Virus record (IMG/VR): IMGVR_UViG_3300017991_000096
Coordinates: 15,246-79,245 of that record
DNA: 64,000 nt
Origin: a virus
Direction: 5' to 3' (one strand)
Part shown: one piece after another, positions 47,585-56,075 of the stretch
Layout: the number at the start of each line of letters is the position of its first letter
Position numbering within the stretch: the stretch's first letter is position 1
Notes under the pieces: generated by a model
Databases searched by the model: none
Told to the model about the DNA's origin: nothing
What the model saw: the letters and a program-made list of their open reading frames with translations, nothing else
Position numbers and translations under genes: made by a program

Positions 47585-48562
47585 ATGGCAAATCTGAGTG
47601 AGAAGAAGATCAAGGGGATGTCCGCTGCCGAAGTGCGCCAGGCGTGCAAGAAGGCCGGTATCGAAACCAAGGGCAAGAAGCTGCCGCAGTTGCGCGAGGC
47701 GCTGATCGCTGCACAGGGCGAGGGCGAGAAGTCGAGCAAGAAGCCCGGCAAGAAGAAGGCCCCGCCGAAGGCCGAGGCAGCCGCCAAGGGTGGGGGCAAG
47801 GGCAAGAAGTCGAAGGGCAAGAGCAAGGCCGAGCCCGAGCCCGAGCCCGAGCCCGAGGAGCAGACCGAGTCCGTCGATCTGGAGGCTCTGGAGAAGTCCG
47901 TGTTCGACAAGATCATCGCCGTGCTGACCCCGAAGATGCGCGACATCGAGAAGCGGGTGAAGGCGCTGGAGGAGTCCTCGACCGATGCGCCCGACGACGA
48001 CGCCGACGACGGGGGCGATGATGCACCCGCCGAGATCCCCGAGAGCCTGAGCGAGTTCGTGGACGAGGACGGCGATCTCAACCTCGACCCCGACGACGTG
48101 GACGGCATGAAGGGTAAGACCCTCAACGACCTGGCCGCCGTGCTGGGCGTCGAGTTCCCCGACGACGCCAAGAACGTCCGCGCCAAGCGGTCGTTCCTCA
48201 AGGAGACGCTGGAGGAGCGCAACGGGGGCGATGACGAGGACGAAGGTGGGGAGGATGAGGATGAGGATGAGGATGAGGATGAGGAGGACATCGAACTGAT
48301 CGAAGGTCCTGACGGGGAGACGGCGCAGAAGTGCAACGACTACTCCGACGTGTCCGTCGAGGACGAGGTCTACATCGCCACTGACGGCGAGTGGTTCCGC
48401 GGCACCGTCGTGAGCAGGGACAAGGACGACGACGGCGACGAGTACATCCACGTCAAGTGCGACGACGGCGACGACGCCCACGTCTACGCTCCCGAGGTCA
48501 ACGACGACCCCGTGATCGTGGGCTGGACCTACGACGAGGAGGACGAGGACGAGGACGAGTAG
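47585..48562 (+). CDS. bipartite basic/acidic protein with two HeH-like motifs and a Tudor/SH3-like C-terminal barrel
   Basis: IKGMSAAEVRQACKKAGI..KGKK..QLREALI; Lys-rich linker; (EP)n; (DE)n; VYIATDGEWFRGTVV...YIHVKCDDGD. Confidence 0.65.
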   Translation: MANLSEKKIKGMSAAEVRQACKKAGIETKGKKLPQLREALIAAQGEGEKSSKKPGKKKAPPKAEAAAKGGGKGKKSKGKSKAEPEPEPEPEEQTESVDLEALEKSVFDKIIAVLTPKMRDIEKRVKALEESSTDAPDDDADDGGDDAPAEIPESLSEFVDEDGDLNLDPDDVDGMKGKTLNDLAAVLGVEFPDDAKNVRAKRSFLKETLEERNGGDDEDEGGEDEDEDEDEDEEDIELIEGPDGETAQKCNDYSDVSVEDEVYIATDGEWFRGTVVSRDKDDDGDEYIHVKCDDGDDAHVYAPEVNDDPVIVGWTYDEEDEDEDE

Positions 48563-48592
48563 TAGCTCCCTCGACCATCTAGCCACTGGAAA

Positions 48593-48626
48593 GGGCGGCT
48601 CCGTTGACGCGGGGTCGCCCTTTCTT
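48593..48626 (+). terminator. intrinsic terminator
   Basis: GGGCGGCTCCGT-TGAC-GCGGGGTCGCCC followed by TTTCTT. Confidence 0.7.
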
Positions 48627-48650
48627 CATGCTGTACCTACAGGAGATCCA

Positions 48651-49082
48651 GTGAACGACAACAAGCCCAACCTATTCGACACGGACAAGCAAGCCGCGAA
48701 GTCCCCACTCGTCCCCACGCGCCACCTGTCCCGCTACGCCGGCAAGAGGTTCCGCCTCGACTACATCGAAGGCCGGAAGCATGGCACGGTCATCGGACGC
48801 ATCGCTGACCTACAGCCTGCGATGGACAACGACAAGGTCGTCGGGGTCACCATCCGCTACTGGCCTGGCTCCTTCAAGCCGAGCGGCAAGGGCAGCTTCG
48901 AGTGGGCCCAGGAGCAGAACCCCGTCACGCACACCGTGGGTCCGTTCACGAGCATCACCCTGCTCAAGTACGAGCTACGCCTGGACAAGAGCCAGAAGGA
49001 CGCCGACATCGTCGAGTGGGGTCACGACAGCTTCGAGCTTACCGGCCCTACCCGTCGTGGAGAGTTCAAGCTGCTGGACTAG
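48651..49082 (+). CDS. hypothetical protein
   Basis: AGGAG RBS with GTG start; beta-rich, 143 aa. Confidence 0.6.
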   Translation: MNDNKPNLFDTDKQAAKSPLVPTRHLSRYAGKRFRLDYIEGRKHGTVIGRIADLQPAMDNDKVVGVTIRYWPGSFKPSGKGSFEWAQEQNPVTHTVGPFTSITLLKYELRLDKSQKDADIVEWGHDSFELTGPTRRGEFKLLD

Positions 49083-49135
49083 ACCATGACGTACATCGTT
49101 GAAGGTATGCTTCTCATCCTGTTGGGAGTCGCGCT

Positions 49136-49402
49136 ATGGACGGAACTACGAAAGTAACCGAACTGAATCTCAACCGACCTGACCCCGAGGTCATCGCTTC
49201 GCTCAAGCAAGCCTTGGCCGATGCGGAGAGCGGGAGACTGCAAGGGTTCGTTCTTGTCGGGTCACTCCTTGGGGGCAGATCGCTCTCTCTCCGCGAGGGC
49301 TCGATCAACAGGCCCGAGGTCGTGGCCTTCGCTGCCCGCATCCAGCACGAGGCTATGATGGAGTGGACTGAGGACGCCGTTGACGAGGAGGAGGACGACT
49401 AG
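49136..49402 (+). CDS. hypothetical protein
   Basis: GGGAG RBS; VIASLKQALADAESGRLQGFVLVG pattern seen in small phage proteins. Confidence 0.55.
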   Translation: MDGTTKVTELNLNRPDPEVIASLKQALADAESGRLQGFVLVGSLLGGRSLSLREGSINRPEVVAFAARIQHEAMMEWTEDAVDEEEDD

Positions 49403-50115
49403 TGCCCGTCACTCTGGAGTTCGCGCCCTTCATGGGGCCCGAGCCCAACGACCTGTCAGACGTGGAGCGGCTCGGTCCCTCGATCTTCCGCTTCCCTGTC
49501 TGGACCCCGGTGGCCTGCGAGGGCTTCATCGACGTGCTGGAGTCTCCGATGCACCGTGGCTGCTGGGCTACGCCCGAGACGGCGGAGAAGGTGGCGGCGC
49601 TGCCCGAGGTCAAGGCAGCGTTCCCCAGCGACTTCGACATCGTGGAGCTAATCCAACGCAGGAAGGTGCGGGAGTTTCCGCTCTACACCATCGAAGGCTT
49701 CAAGGAGGCGTGGGAGTCCTACTCCCTCGACCACATCATCCCCATCCTCGACAGGCTATGGGGTCGTAACCATACCAAGGTCATCGCGCCGTTCGTGTTC
49801 TGCTACCAGCGGCGGAAGGGCCTCAAGTCGCATCTTAGTGACCACTACGATGCGTTCAACACGTTCGTCCTGCCGCTGTCGAGTCCCATGGACTACGAAG
49901 GTGGCGGCACCTACATCCCAGACCTCGACCTGACCATCGAGGACGAACAGGGTCACGCGCATGTGTTCCCTGGCCTCACTCACTACGTCGCTCCCGGTCG
50001 TGACGCCCTCGAAGATGAGGACGACCAGGAGGTCACTCTCCACCCTGAACTGTGGCACCGTACCCATGCACTCAAGCGTGGTAAGCGGTACTGCCTGATC
50101 GGATTCTACGCATGA
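49402..50115 (+). CDS. 2OG-Fe(II) oxygenase, PLOD/P4Hc-like
   Basis: IFRFPVWTP..C, FVFCY, HYD, DYEGGGT, FPG.TH, H......GKRY.LIGF (HxD...H triad and 2OG-binding Arg). Confidence 0.75.
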   Translation: MPVTLEFAPFMGPEPNDLSDVERLGPSIFRFPVWTPVACEGFIDVLESPMHRGCWATPETAEKVAALPEVKAAFPSDFDIVELIQRRKVREFPLYTIEGFKEAWESYSLDHIIPILDRLWGRNHTKVIAPFVFCYQRRKGLKSHLSDHYDAFNTFVLPLSSPMDYEGGGTYIPDLDLTIEDEQGHAHVFPGLTHYVAPGRDALEDEDDQEVTLHPELWHRTHALKRGKRYCLIGFYA

Positions 50116-50774
50116 TTCTCAACAAACGAAGCTCATGGTCCTACTTCGCACCTGGCGTCTTCCAGCGGAAGGTGATGACGCCCAAGCAGTGCGACAACCT
50201 CCTCGACTACTGCATCAGCAACGCGAACGGCTGGATCGGTCCTGAGAACGCGGAGGACATCCACGGATGCCCGAGGGTCTTGTCGGGCTATCCTGACTAC
50301 TTCTCGCCCGAGGACGTGGAGTGGGCCATTCGCAACTACAAGAGGTTCCGCGAGTTCCCCACGGAGAACATGGCGCCCCAGCTACAGCTAGCCATGCTGA
50401 GGTTCGCTGAGGAACTCATGCCCAGTGTTGCTGCCATCCATGGTATCGACCTGCGCCGGCCCCTCGATCCGTTCGTCGCCTGCTATGAGGCGCGAGAGGG
50501 TCACAACGCTTTCCTGTCGCCCCACGTAGACAAGCAACGGGCGGCTGTGGTCGTGCAACTGAACAGCCCCAGGGACTACCAGGGCGGCGGCACCCGGTAC
50601 ACGAATCTCGGCGTGACCGCGCCAGAGAAGGTCGGCATGGGCGTGACGCACACGGGGGCCAAGGCATACGAGGCCGACCCGGAGGAGGCCGAGGAGTTGT
50701 ACCCCCACCTTGTCCACGAGGCGCTGGAGGTCACCGAGGGCGCTCGGTACACCCTCTGCCTGTTCTACCTGTAG
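50112..50774 (+). CDS. 2OG-Fe(II) oxygenase, PLOD/P4Hc-like (paralogue of the upstream gene)
   Basis: FVACY, LSPHVD, DYQGGGTRY, HEALEVTEGARY.L..F. Confidence 0.8.
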   Translation: MILNKRSSWSYFAPGVFQRKVMTPKQCDNLLDYCISNANGWIGPENAEDIHGCPRVLSGYPDYFSPEDVEWAIRNYKRFREFPTENMAPQLQLAMLRFAEELMPSVAAIHGIDLRRPLDPFVACYEAREGHNAFLSPHVDKQRAAVVVQLNSPRDYQGGGTRYTNLGVTAPEKVGMGVTHTGAKAYEADPEEAEELYPHLVHEALEVTEGARYTLCLFYL

Positions 50775-50784
50775 GGGGCCGACG

Positions 50785-52971
50785 ATGATTCTGTACCTCG
50801 CAGGTGGCGAGACGTGGTGGCGATACTTCGACCGCTACGGCATCCGAAACGTGCTGCTGTCGTATCACTACCTGCGAGGTCAGACGGACTTCGCCGAGAT
50901 GGTGGCGTGGATGGAGCGGAGCAAGGCGGAGAAGCAGCCCCGAAGGTTCTTCCTCGACTCCGGTGCGTTCACCTACATGCACGGCGGCCACGACACGCTC
51001 GAAGATCTGAACGAGTACGCCGACGAGTACATCCGCTTCCTGAACACGGACCCAGCCGTCAAGCTGTTCGACGTGGTGGCTGAACTCGACGTGTACCAGC
51101 AGATCGGGGACGAGTCTGAGGACGACGTGTATCGAAGGGTCCAACGTCACCAGGAGAAGATCTACGAGGCGGTAGGTGACAAGATCCTGCCTACCTACCA
51201 GACGGACTGGCTGACGCTCAAGGACTGGGAGAAGGTCTGCGCTGATCCTCGTTTCAAGCAGGTGGGCATCGGCTCGTCGGGCGAGAGCGGCAGCGCTCAG
51301 TTCATCTCGCTGCACAAGAAGCTGATCGCCATCGCCCACAGGCATGGAAAGGTCATCCATGGTTTCGGCCAGACGCGGCTGCAAACCGACATGAAGTACC
51401 TCCGCAACTACGACTCCGTGGACTCGACCACCTGGCTGCGCGCGGATAAGTACGGAGGTACGTTCATCTACCAGAACGGGCACCTGCGCATCCTCAACCA
51501 CGAGCAGAAAGAGCGGCGCGCATGGTTCAAGGGTTACTTCAAGCGCATCGGCCTCGACCCTGAGCGCATCCTAGGAACCCACAAGGACCACGCCCCGCAC
51601 TGCGACGGTCCCAACAGCCAAACCAAGGACTGCGAAGCCTGCAAGGATCAGTTGGAGGAGCTTCGAGCGTCGAGCCTCATCGCTTGGCGGGAGCTTGCCA
51701 AGAAGTTCGAGCGCACTGGTCAACGCCTCGTACAGCATCGGTCCACGCGCACGCTTGACGTTCAACAAACCCAAGGAGTCACCATGACACCAGGACCCAA
51801 GCTGGGTCGAAAGAAGGGCTGGAAGGGCCCACCCGGCACCAAACCCACCTACGATGACTTTGGGGGCAAGAAGTGCCCTCACTACCGGCGGCGCCCAAGA
51901 GAGGTGGCTCGAAACCTCAACTGCTCAGCCTGCCACAACCTCCCGATCTGCCAGGAAGTAGAACGCCATGAGTACCAAGCCCTCCTCGATGACCACACCG
52001 CAACTACTCACCCGGAGATGGGTGCTCCTGATCCACGGCAAGATGGCGACGGAGGAGTTCCGTTCGCTGACGCTGGAACTACTCAAGCGGCAGGCACCGG
52101 AACCTGGAGCGCGGGAACAAGTGATGGCGGAGAGACGAGCACGCCAGATAGCAGCACTGGCGGAGGCCAAGGCGAGAGCAACCGAAGCGCGCGAGAAGGG
52201 TCGGCTGTAGCTCCCGATACCACTACGGGAAGCACTACCCCAGAGGGGGAGGGGGGCGGGAGGTCCTTGGATTCTCGTGAATCCCCCCTAGAAGACTCCA
52301 ACTCCCCACTACAGTCTCAGGATTCTCGTGAATCCTCCCCAAATCCCCCCAATCCTCCACCAGTTTCTCCGAACGGTGCCCCACCTCCGCATAGTCCTCA
52401 GTCATCCCTTGTCCCCACGTCAGCCCTACGGCGTAGAGACAACAGGGAGCTACTGACAACAGGGGGTCTGAACCTGGGTGCCTGGAGACGGGATATCCCA
52501 CGCAACCACTGCGACGTGTGCAACCTGGCGGATGAGTGCCCCAAGTACCAACCCGCATCCGTCTGCGCCTACAACGAGGTCTTCGACCAGTTCGACACGC
52601 GCAACAGCGACGACGTGATGGCGCTACAGCAGGCCCTCGTGGAAGTGGATAAGGACCGGACCATGGCGGCGATTCTCCAAGAGAGGTTGACCACGGGCGG
52701 GCAGATCGATCCCCGCGTGACGCAGCAGATGAACAGCTTTCAGAACCGCATACAGGTGCTTGACGAGATGATGCAGGCACGGAACGCACCACGACCAAGC
52801 GGATTCAACGTCCAGGTCCAGGTCCCTAGTCCTAGCGCACCAGATGGGCGCCCAGGAGTCCTCTCGATGCTCTTTGGCTCAGCCCCGGCTCAGTCCCATG
52901 GGGAACCCACGGAGAAAGAGGAGGAGGGTCAAGGTGCGGTCATCGACACCACTGCAACAGGGCCAGAGTGA
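50785..52971 (+). CDS. TGT/DpdA-like guanine transglycosylase with long C-terminal extension
   Basis: N-terminal ~310 aa: LLSYHY, FFLDSGAFT, ELD, IHGFG, DSVDSTTW; then a low-complexity linker, a C-x2-C-x5-C-x8-C cluster and a helical domain. Confidence 0.75.
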   Translation: MILYLAGGETWWRYFDRYGIRNVLLSYHYLRGQTDFAEMVAWMERSKAEKQPRRFFLDSGAFTYMHGGHDTLEDLNEYADEYIRFLNTDPAVKLFDVVAELDVYQQIGDESEDDVYRRVQRHQEKIYEAVGDKILPTYQTDWLTLKDWEKVCADPRFKQVGIGSSGESGSAQFISLHKKLIAIAHRHGKVIHGFGQTRLQTDMKYLRNYDSVDSTTWLRADKYGGTFIYQNGHLRILNHEQKERRAWFKGYFKRIGLDPERILGTHKDHAPHCDGPNSQTKDCEACKDQLEELRASSLIAWRELAKKFERTGQRLVQHRSTRTLDVQQTQGVTMTPGPKLGRKKGWKGPPGTKPTYDDFGGKKCPHYRRRPREVARNLNCSACHNLPICQEVERHEYQALLDDHTATTHPEMGAPDPRQDGDGGVPFADAGTTQAAGTGTWSAGTSDGGETSTPDSSTGGGQGESNRSAREGSAVAPDTTTGSTTPEGEGGGRSLDSRESPLEDSNSPLQSQDSRESSPNPPNPPPVSPNGAPPPHSPQSSLVPTSALRRRDNRELLTTGGLNLGAWRRDIPRNHCDVCNLADECPKYQPASVCAYNEVFDQFDTRNSDDVMALQQALVEVDKDRTMAAILQERLTTGGQIDPRVTQQMNSFQNRIQVLDEMMQARNAPRPSGFNVQVQVPSPSAPDGRPGVLSMLFGSAPAQSHGEPTEKEEEGQGAVIDTTATGPE
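51968..52210 (+). CDS. nested out-of-frame ORF inside the DpdA-like gene
   Basis: 80 aa, protein-like and helical, exactly where the host frame is low-complexity G/S/T. Confidence 0.35.
   Translation: MSTKPSSMTTPQLLTRRWVLLIHGKMATEEFRSLTLELLKRQAPEPGAREQVMAERRARQIAALAEAKARATEAREKGRL
52269..52335. repeat. two copies of quasi-palindrome GGATTC-TCGT-GAATCC, 51 bp apart
   Basis: Copies at 52269-52284 and 52320-52335. Confidence 0.85.
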
Positions 52972-53039
52972 CCCCCACCCCTTTAGTGCGATGCCTTCGA
53001 GCGAGGGGACGGCTACCAAACTTCCCAGAGTGACCCCCA
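52963..53039. repeat. 15-bp direct repeat CCAGAGTGACCCCCA
   Basis: Copies at 52963-52977 and 53025-53039. Confidence 0.8.
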
Positions 53040-53120
53040 GAGTATAGGGGGGAAATCCCCTGTACCTACAACGTACATACACAACACAAGCAGTTTGAGA
53101 GGGAAAGAAGGAGAGACATC

Positions 53121-53897
53121 ATGCCCATCATCGTCAGTGTGAAGAACATCGTGGTAGACGAGGGACCGCCGGCTGTTGTGCGCTACCAGCTAGAGGTGGC
53201 GGACACCGTGAGCGACGCGGAGTACCAGACGGACATCGACATCACGCCGGCCGTGCCTTTGGCGTTCCCGAACTACGGGGTGGCGATCTTCGAGGTGGAG
53301 GAGGGCGTGGACTGGGATCCGTTCGACGCGGCGTTGTTGGCTGCGGGTTGGGAGAACCTGAACACGGGGGAGCCGATTGGGGGGTTCATCGAGCGTGTTT
53401 ACGCGGGCCCGTACACGACGGGTTTCTTCAACACGACCGTGACCATCGAGGAGGCGGAAACTGGGGCTACGCTGGTGCTGACTGGCTCTGTCGCTGCGAC
53501 GACGCCCCAAGCTGCGTTGCTCGTGACGCGGGAGAGGTTGTGTTCGGGGCTGTTCACGGCTTCCGCGTCTCCACCCGAGCCGGTGCTTCCCGTGACGATC
53601 ACCGAGTTCGTACCTCCGGTCATCACCGACCCCATCGACGGGCCGCCTGCGACCGTGTCCGTGCAGGGGTCGGGCTTCACTTCGATCTCGGGCGTCGCGG
53701 AGATTCGGTTTGAAGCGGAGGACCCTGATGGCGGGCTCATCACTGCTACCTGGCCGCTCACGGTGCTGGACGACAGCAACGCTGAGTTCGACTGGGCCGA
53801 TCCGTGGCCTGACGCCATCTGGAACGTGACGGTGCTGGAGGACTCTGTCCCCGTGTCGTCTGTGCTGGTCGGCGGCTTCCAAACCCAGCTATCCTAG
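53121..53897 (+). CDS. acidic Ig/IPT-like protein (possible virion decoration)
   Basis: AAGGAG RBS; PPVIT....PPATVSVQGSGF IPT/TIG-like motif. Confidence 0.55.
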   Translation: MPIIVSVKNIVVDEGPPAVVRYQLEVADTVSDAEYQTDIDITPAVPLAFPNYGVAIFEVEEGVDWDPFDAALLAAGWENLNTGEPIGGFIERVYAGPYTTGFFNTTVTIEEAETGATLVLTGSVAATTPQAALLVTRERLCSGLFTASASPPEPVLPVTITEFVPPVITDPIDGPPATVSVQGSGFTSISGVAEIRFEAEDPDGGLITATWPLTVLDDSNAEFDWADPWPDAIWNVTVLEDSVPVSSVLVGGFQTQLS

Positions 53898-53957
53898 CCA
53901 TACCTACGGCATACATACGAGACAGATTCGGTGGGGGCCTGATAGGCTTTGCCTACC

Positions 53958-54593
53958 ATGCGCAACCATGCCGAGTTCTGTGTCTACGACAACTTTTTCA
54001 CCGCCGCGGAGTGCAACCGTCTCGTCAGATGGGCACTCCGCGACGGGTTCCGTGAACCGGAGGACATCACGGGCTATCGAAGCCCTGGGTATCCCATGCC
54101 AGAGCTACGCGAGCGCGTGGCTGATGCTTTCGGTTTGTACCCCGACCCGAATACGTGGCTCGACGATCCCGAGGAGATGCACAACAACGGGAACGGGGTC
54201 GTCTACTTCGGGCTCTCGGAGGGGCCGAAGGCTGAGGTGTGTGGCGTTCACTGGGACGAGCCCGTGGAGCGCTACACCATGCTGGTGTACCTCGTGGACG
54301 GGCCTGCTGACGCGGGCACGGGGTGGTATCGGCACAAGCCAACCGGGCTCGTGCGCGCGCCGATCTCCGCGGACGCGCGGCGGCTCAAGACGACGGTGGA
54401 GAGCCTTCGGGAACAGGTCTACCGCGACTCCCAGAAGCCGGGACAGTGGGACGTGCTCGCCACCGCTGGGCTCGTGAAGGGCCGCGCCGTCCTGTACCCG
54501 AGTGACATCCTGCATCGCGCCTGCCAGCACTTCGGTGACCGCCCGGAAAACGGCAGGCTCTACTACACCCTGCGGTTCTACAAGGAGGACTGA
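53958..54593 (+). CDS. 2OG-Fe(II) oxygenase-like protein (DUF6445-like)
   Basis: VYDNFF, VHWD, LVYL, GT.WYRHK.TG, RAVLYPS..LH.....FG.....GRL. Confidence 0.7.
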   Translation: MRNHAEFCVYDNFFTAAECNRLVRWALRDGFREPEDITGYRSPGYPMPELRERVADAFGLYPDPNTWLDDPEEMHNNGNGVVYFGLSEGPKAEVCGVHWDEPVERYTMLVYLVDGPADAGTGWYRHKPTGLVRAPISADARRLKTTVESLREQVYRDSQKPGQWDVLATAGLVKGRAVLYPSDILHRACQHFGDRPENGRLYYTLRFYKED

Positions 54594-54596
54594 GAC

Positions 54597-54734
54597 GTGA
54601 CGGTTGACGAAATCAAGAGGGCGATCTCCAAGCTGGAGCGCGCTAACCGTAAGTTTGGCTACGACCAAGCAAGGGCTATGAAGTTGAAGAAGCTCAAGCG
54701 CGCGCTAGAGGCCCGCGAGAAGGAAGGTGCATGA
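54597..54734 (+). CDS. 45-aa hypothetical protein
   Basis: AGGAGG RBS with GTG start; ATGA-coupled to the next gene. Confidence 0.45.
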   Translation: MTVDEIKRAISKLERANRKFGYDQARAMKLKKLKRALEAREKEGA

Positions 54735-55132
54735 TGACCAAGGACCAGTTGAACGATCTGCTGGGCGATCTCGACGTGGAGATGATCGCAGAATGGGTGA
54801 ACGAACAAGACTGTGGGTACATGCTCATGGACTGGACCCGCAAAGACGAGGAGATGAGCGCGATGCAAGAGGGTGACAGGCTCAGCCTCATCAAGTTCGG
54901 CTGTGCGCTCCACATCATGCAGGGGCTACTCGCTCTGCGCCTCGCAGAAGTGACCGGGAGGGAGGATATGTCCGTGTGGGAGTCTGGGGAGTGGCTGATC
55001 CTCCTGGCCGGCTATGTCGGGGCTCGCGCGTCGCAGGACCCCGAGTTTGAACGCGAGGCGCTCAACGTGGCCCAAGACGTGCTCATGCTCTCGGCCAGTG
55101 GCATCCAGACCACGAGAGAGCCGCAGGCGTAG
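54731..55132 (+). CDS. hypothetical protein
   Basis: Coupled start; 133 aa. Confidence 0.55.
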   Translation: MMTKDQLNDLLGDLDVEMIAEWVNEQDCGYMLMDWTRKDEEMSAMQEGDRLSLIKFGCALHIMQGLLALRLAEVTGREDMSVWESGEWLILLAGYVGARASQDPEFEREALNVAQDVLMLSASGIQTTREPQA

Positions 55133-55134
55133 GG

Positions 55135-55773
55135 ATGGGTAGCGCTCCAGCGACGCAAGCCAACCTGACACCCCTTCCAGTGGTCAGACAGGGGCTCGTC
55201 TGGTGGCAGAAACAACGGATGTACCCGGACCCGCGGCGCATCCTCGACCCTGCCGCGGGCTCTGGTGCGTTCGGCGTCGTGCTGCGCGAGCTATTCCCGC
55301 GCGCGCACATCACCGCGATGGAAGCGAGGGTGGAGGAGCACGGGCATCTCCGCTCGATCTACGATGAGGTGCTGGGCTCGTTTCCCGAAAACCTGCCCGA
55401 CGACGCGCCGCCCTTCCGCCCCTACGATCTCGTGGTGACGAACCCGCCGTTCGTGCTGTGGGAGGACTACGTGGAGTTCAGCCTCGACTACGTCACGCAG
55501 GGAGGTGACGTGCTCATGCTCGGACTGAACGACTGGGGCCAGCGGAACATGAGCACGGGGTACGATTTCTTCCGCACGTACACCCCGGTGTACCAGGCTC
55601 GGATCTCTGGATCGCTCGGTTTCCGTGGACCTGGCGAGAGCGCGGACACGAGGTGCTACTCGTGGTGGCTGTGGAGGGAGGGGAGCAGCATCAGCCCGAC
55701 GCAGTGGCTCACGACGACCCTGCCACCGCTCGACAGCGACGGCAGGAGGTGGACGACCCCACCGGGGCGGTGA
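55135..55773 (+). CDS. amino-methyltransferase, probable N6-adenine DNA MTase
   Basis: Motif I ILDPAAGSGAF precedes motif IV DLVVTNPPF. Confidence 0.8.
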   Translation: MGSAPATQANLTPLPVVRQGLVWWQKQRMYPDPRRILDPAAGSGAFGVVLRELFPRAHITAMEARVEEHGHLRSIYDEVLGSFPENLPDDAPPFRPYDLVVTNPPFVLWEDYVEFSLDYVTQGGDVLMLGLNDWGQRNMSTGYDFFRTYTPVYQARISGSLGFRGPGESADTRCYSWWLWREGSSISPTQWLTTTLPPLDSDGRRWTTPPGR

Positions 55774-55786
55774 CATCCGCCATTCG

Positions 55787-55813
55787 ACCGGCCCATGCGG
55801 CCGGTTTTCTTTT
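55787..55813 (+). terminator. intrinsic terminator
   Basis: ACCGGCC-CATGC-GGCCGGT followed by TTTCTTTT. Confidence 0.75.
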
Positions 55814-55966
55814 GCCCTGGGCCTGCGCGGAACGCGCACATATGCTTAGGGTAAGCATGGCAAGGCGCCCCATCGGCGCCACCGAAAACGCGCGGAACGC
55901 GCAAACCCCCCTCTATTCCCTGCCCTAGCTGTAGCTACAGCGTAAATAAAATATGTAGGTGACCCC

Positions 55967-55995
55967 TTGACCTCCCATGGTATCCATACTACATT
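55967..55995 (+). promoter_or_regulatory. sigma70-like (probable early) promoter
   Basis: TTGACC-N17-TACATT with upstream AT tract TAAATAAAATAT in a GC-rich genome. Confidence 0.7.
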
Positions 55996-56075
55996 GTATA
56001 TCCCTTCGGGGCGCCTCGCAGGGCGGGGTCGGAAACTCAACCAACCAACAGAGAAAGTACCAAGGAGTAATCATC

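Noticed and set aside
50785-51720. Canonical tRNA-guanine transglycosylase (tgt)
   Set aside because: It lacks the C-x-C-x2-C...H zinc motif and TPxFMPVGT start of bacterial Tgt, and no queF, queA or tRNA genes are visible; DNA-acting DpdA-like is more consistent, though unproven.
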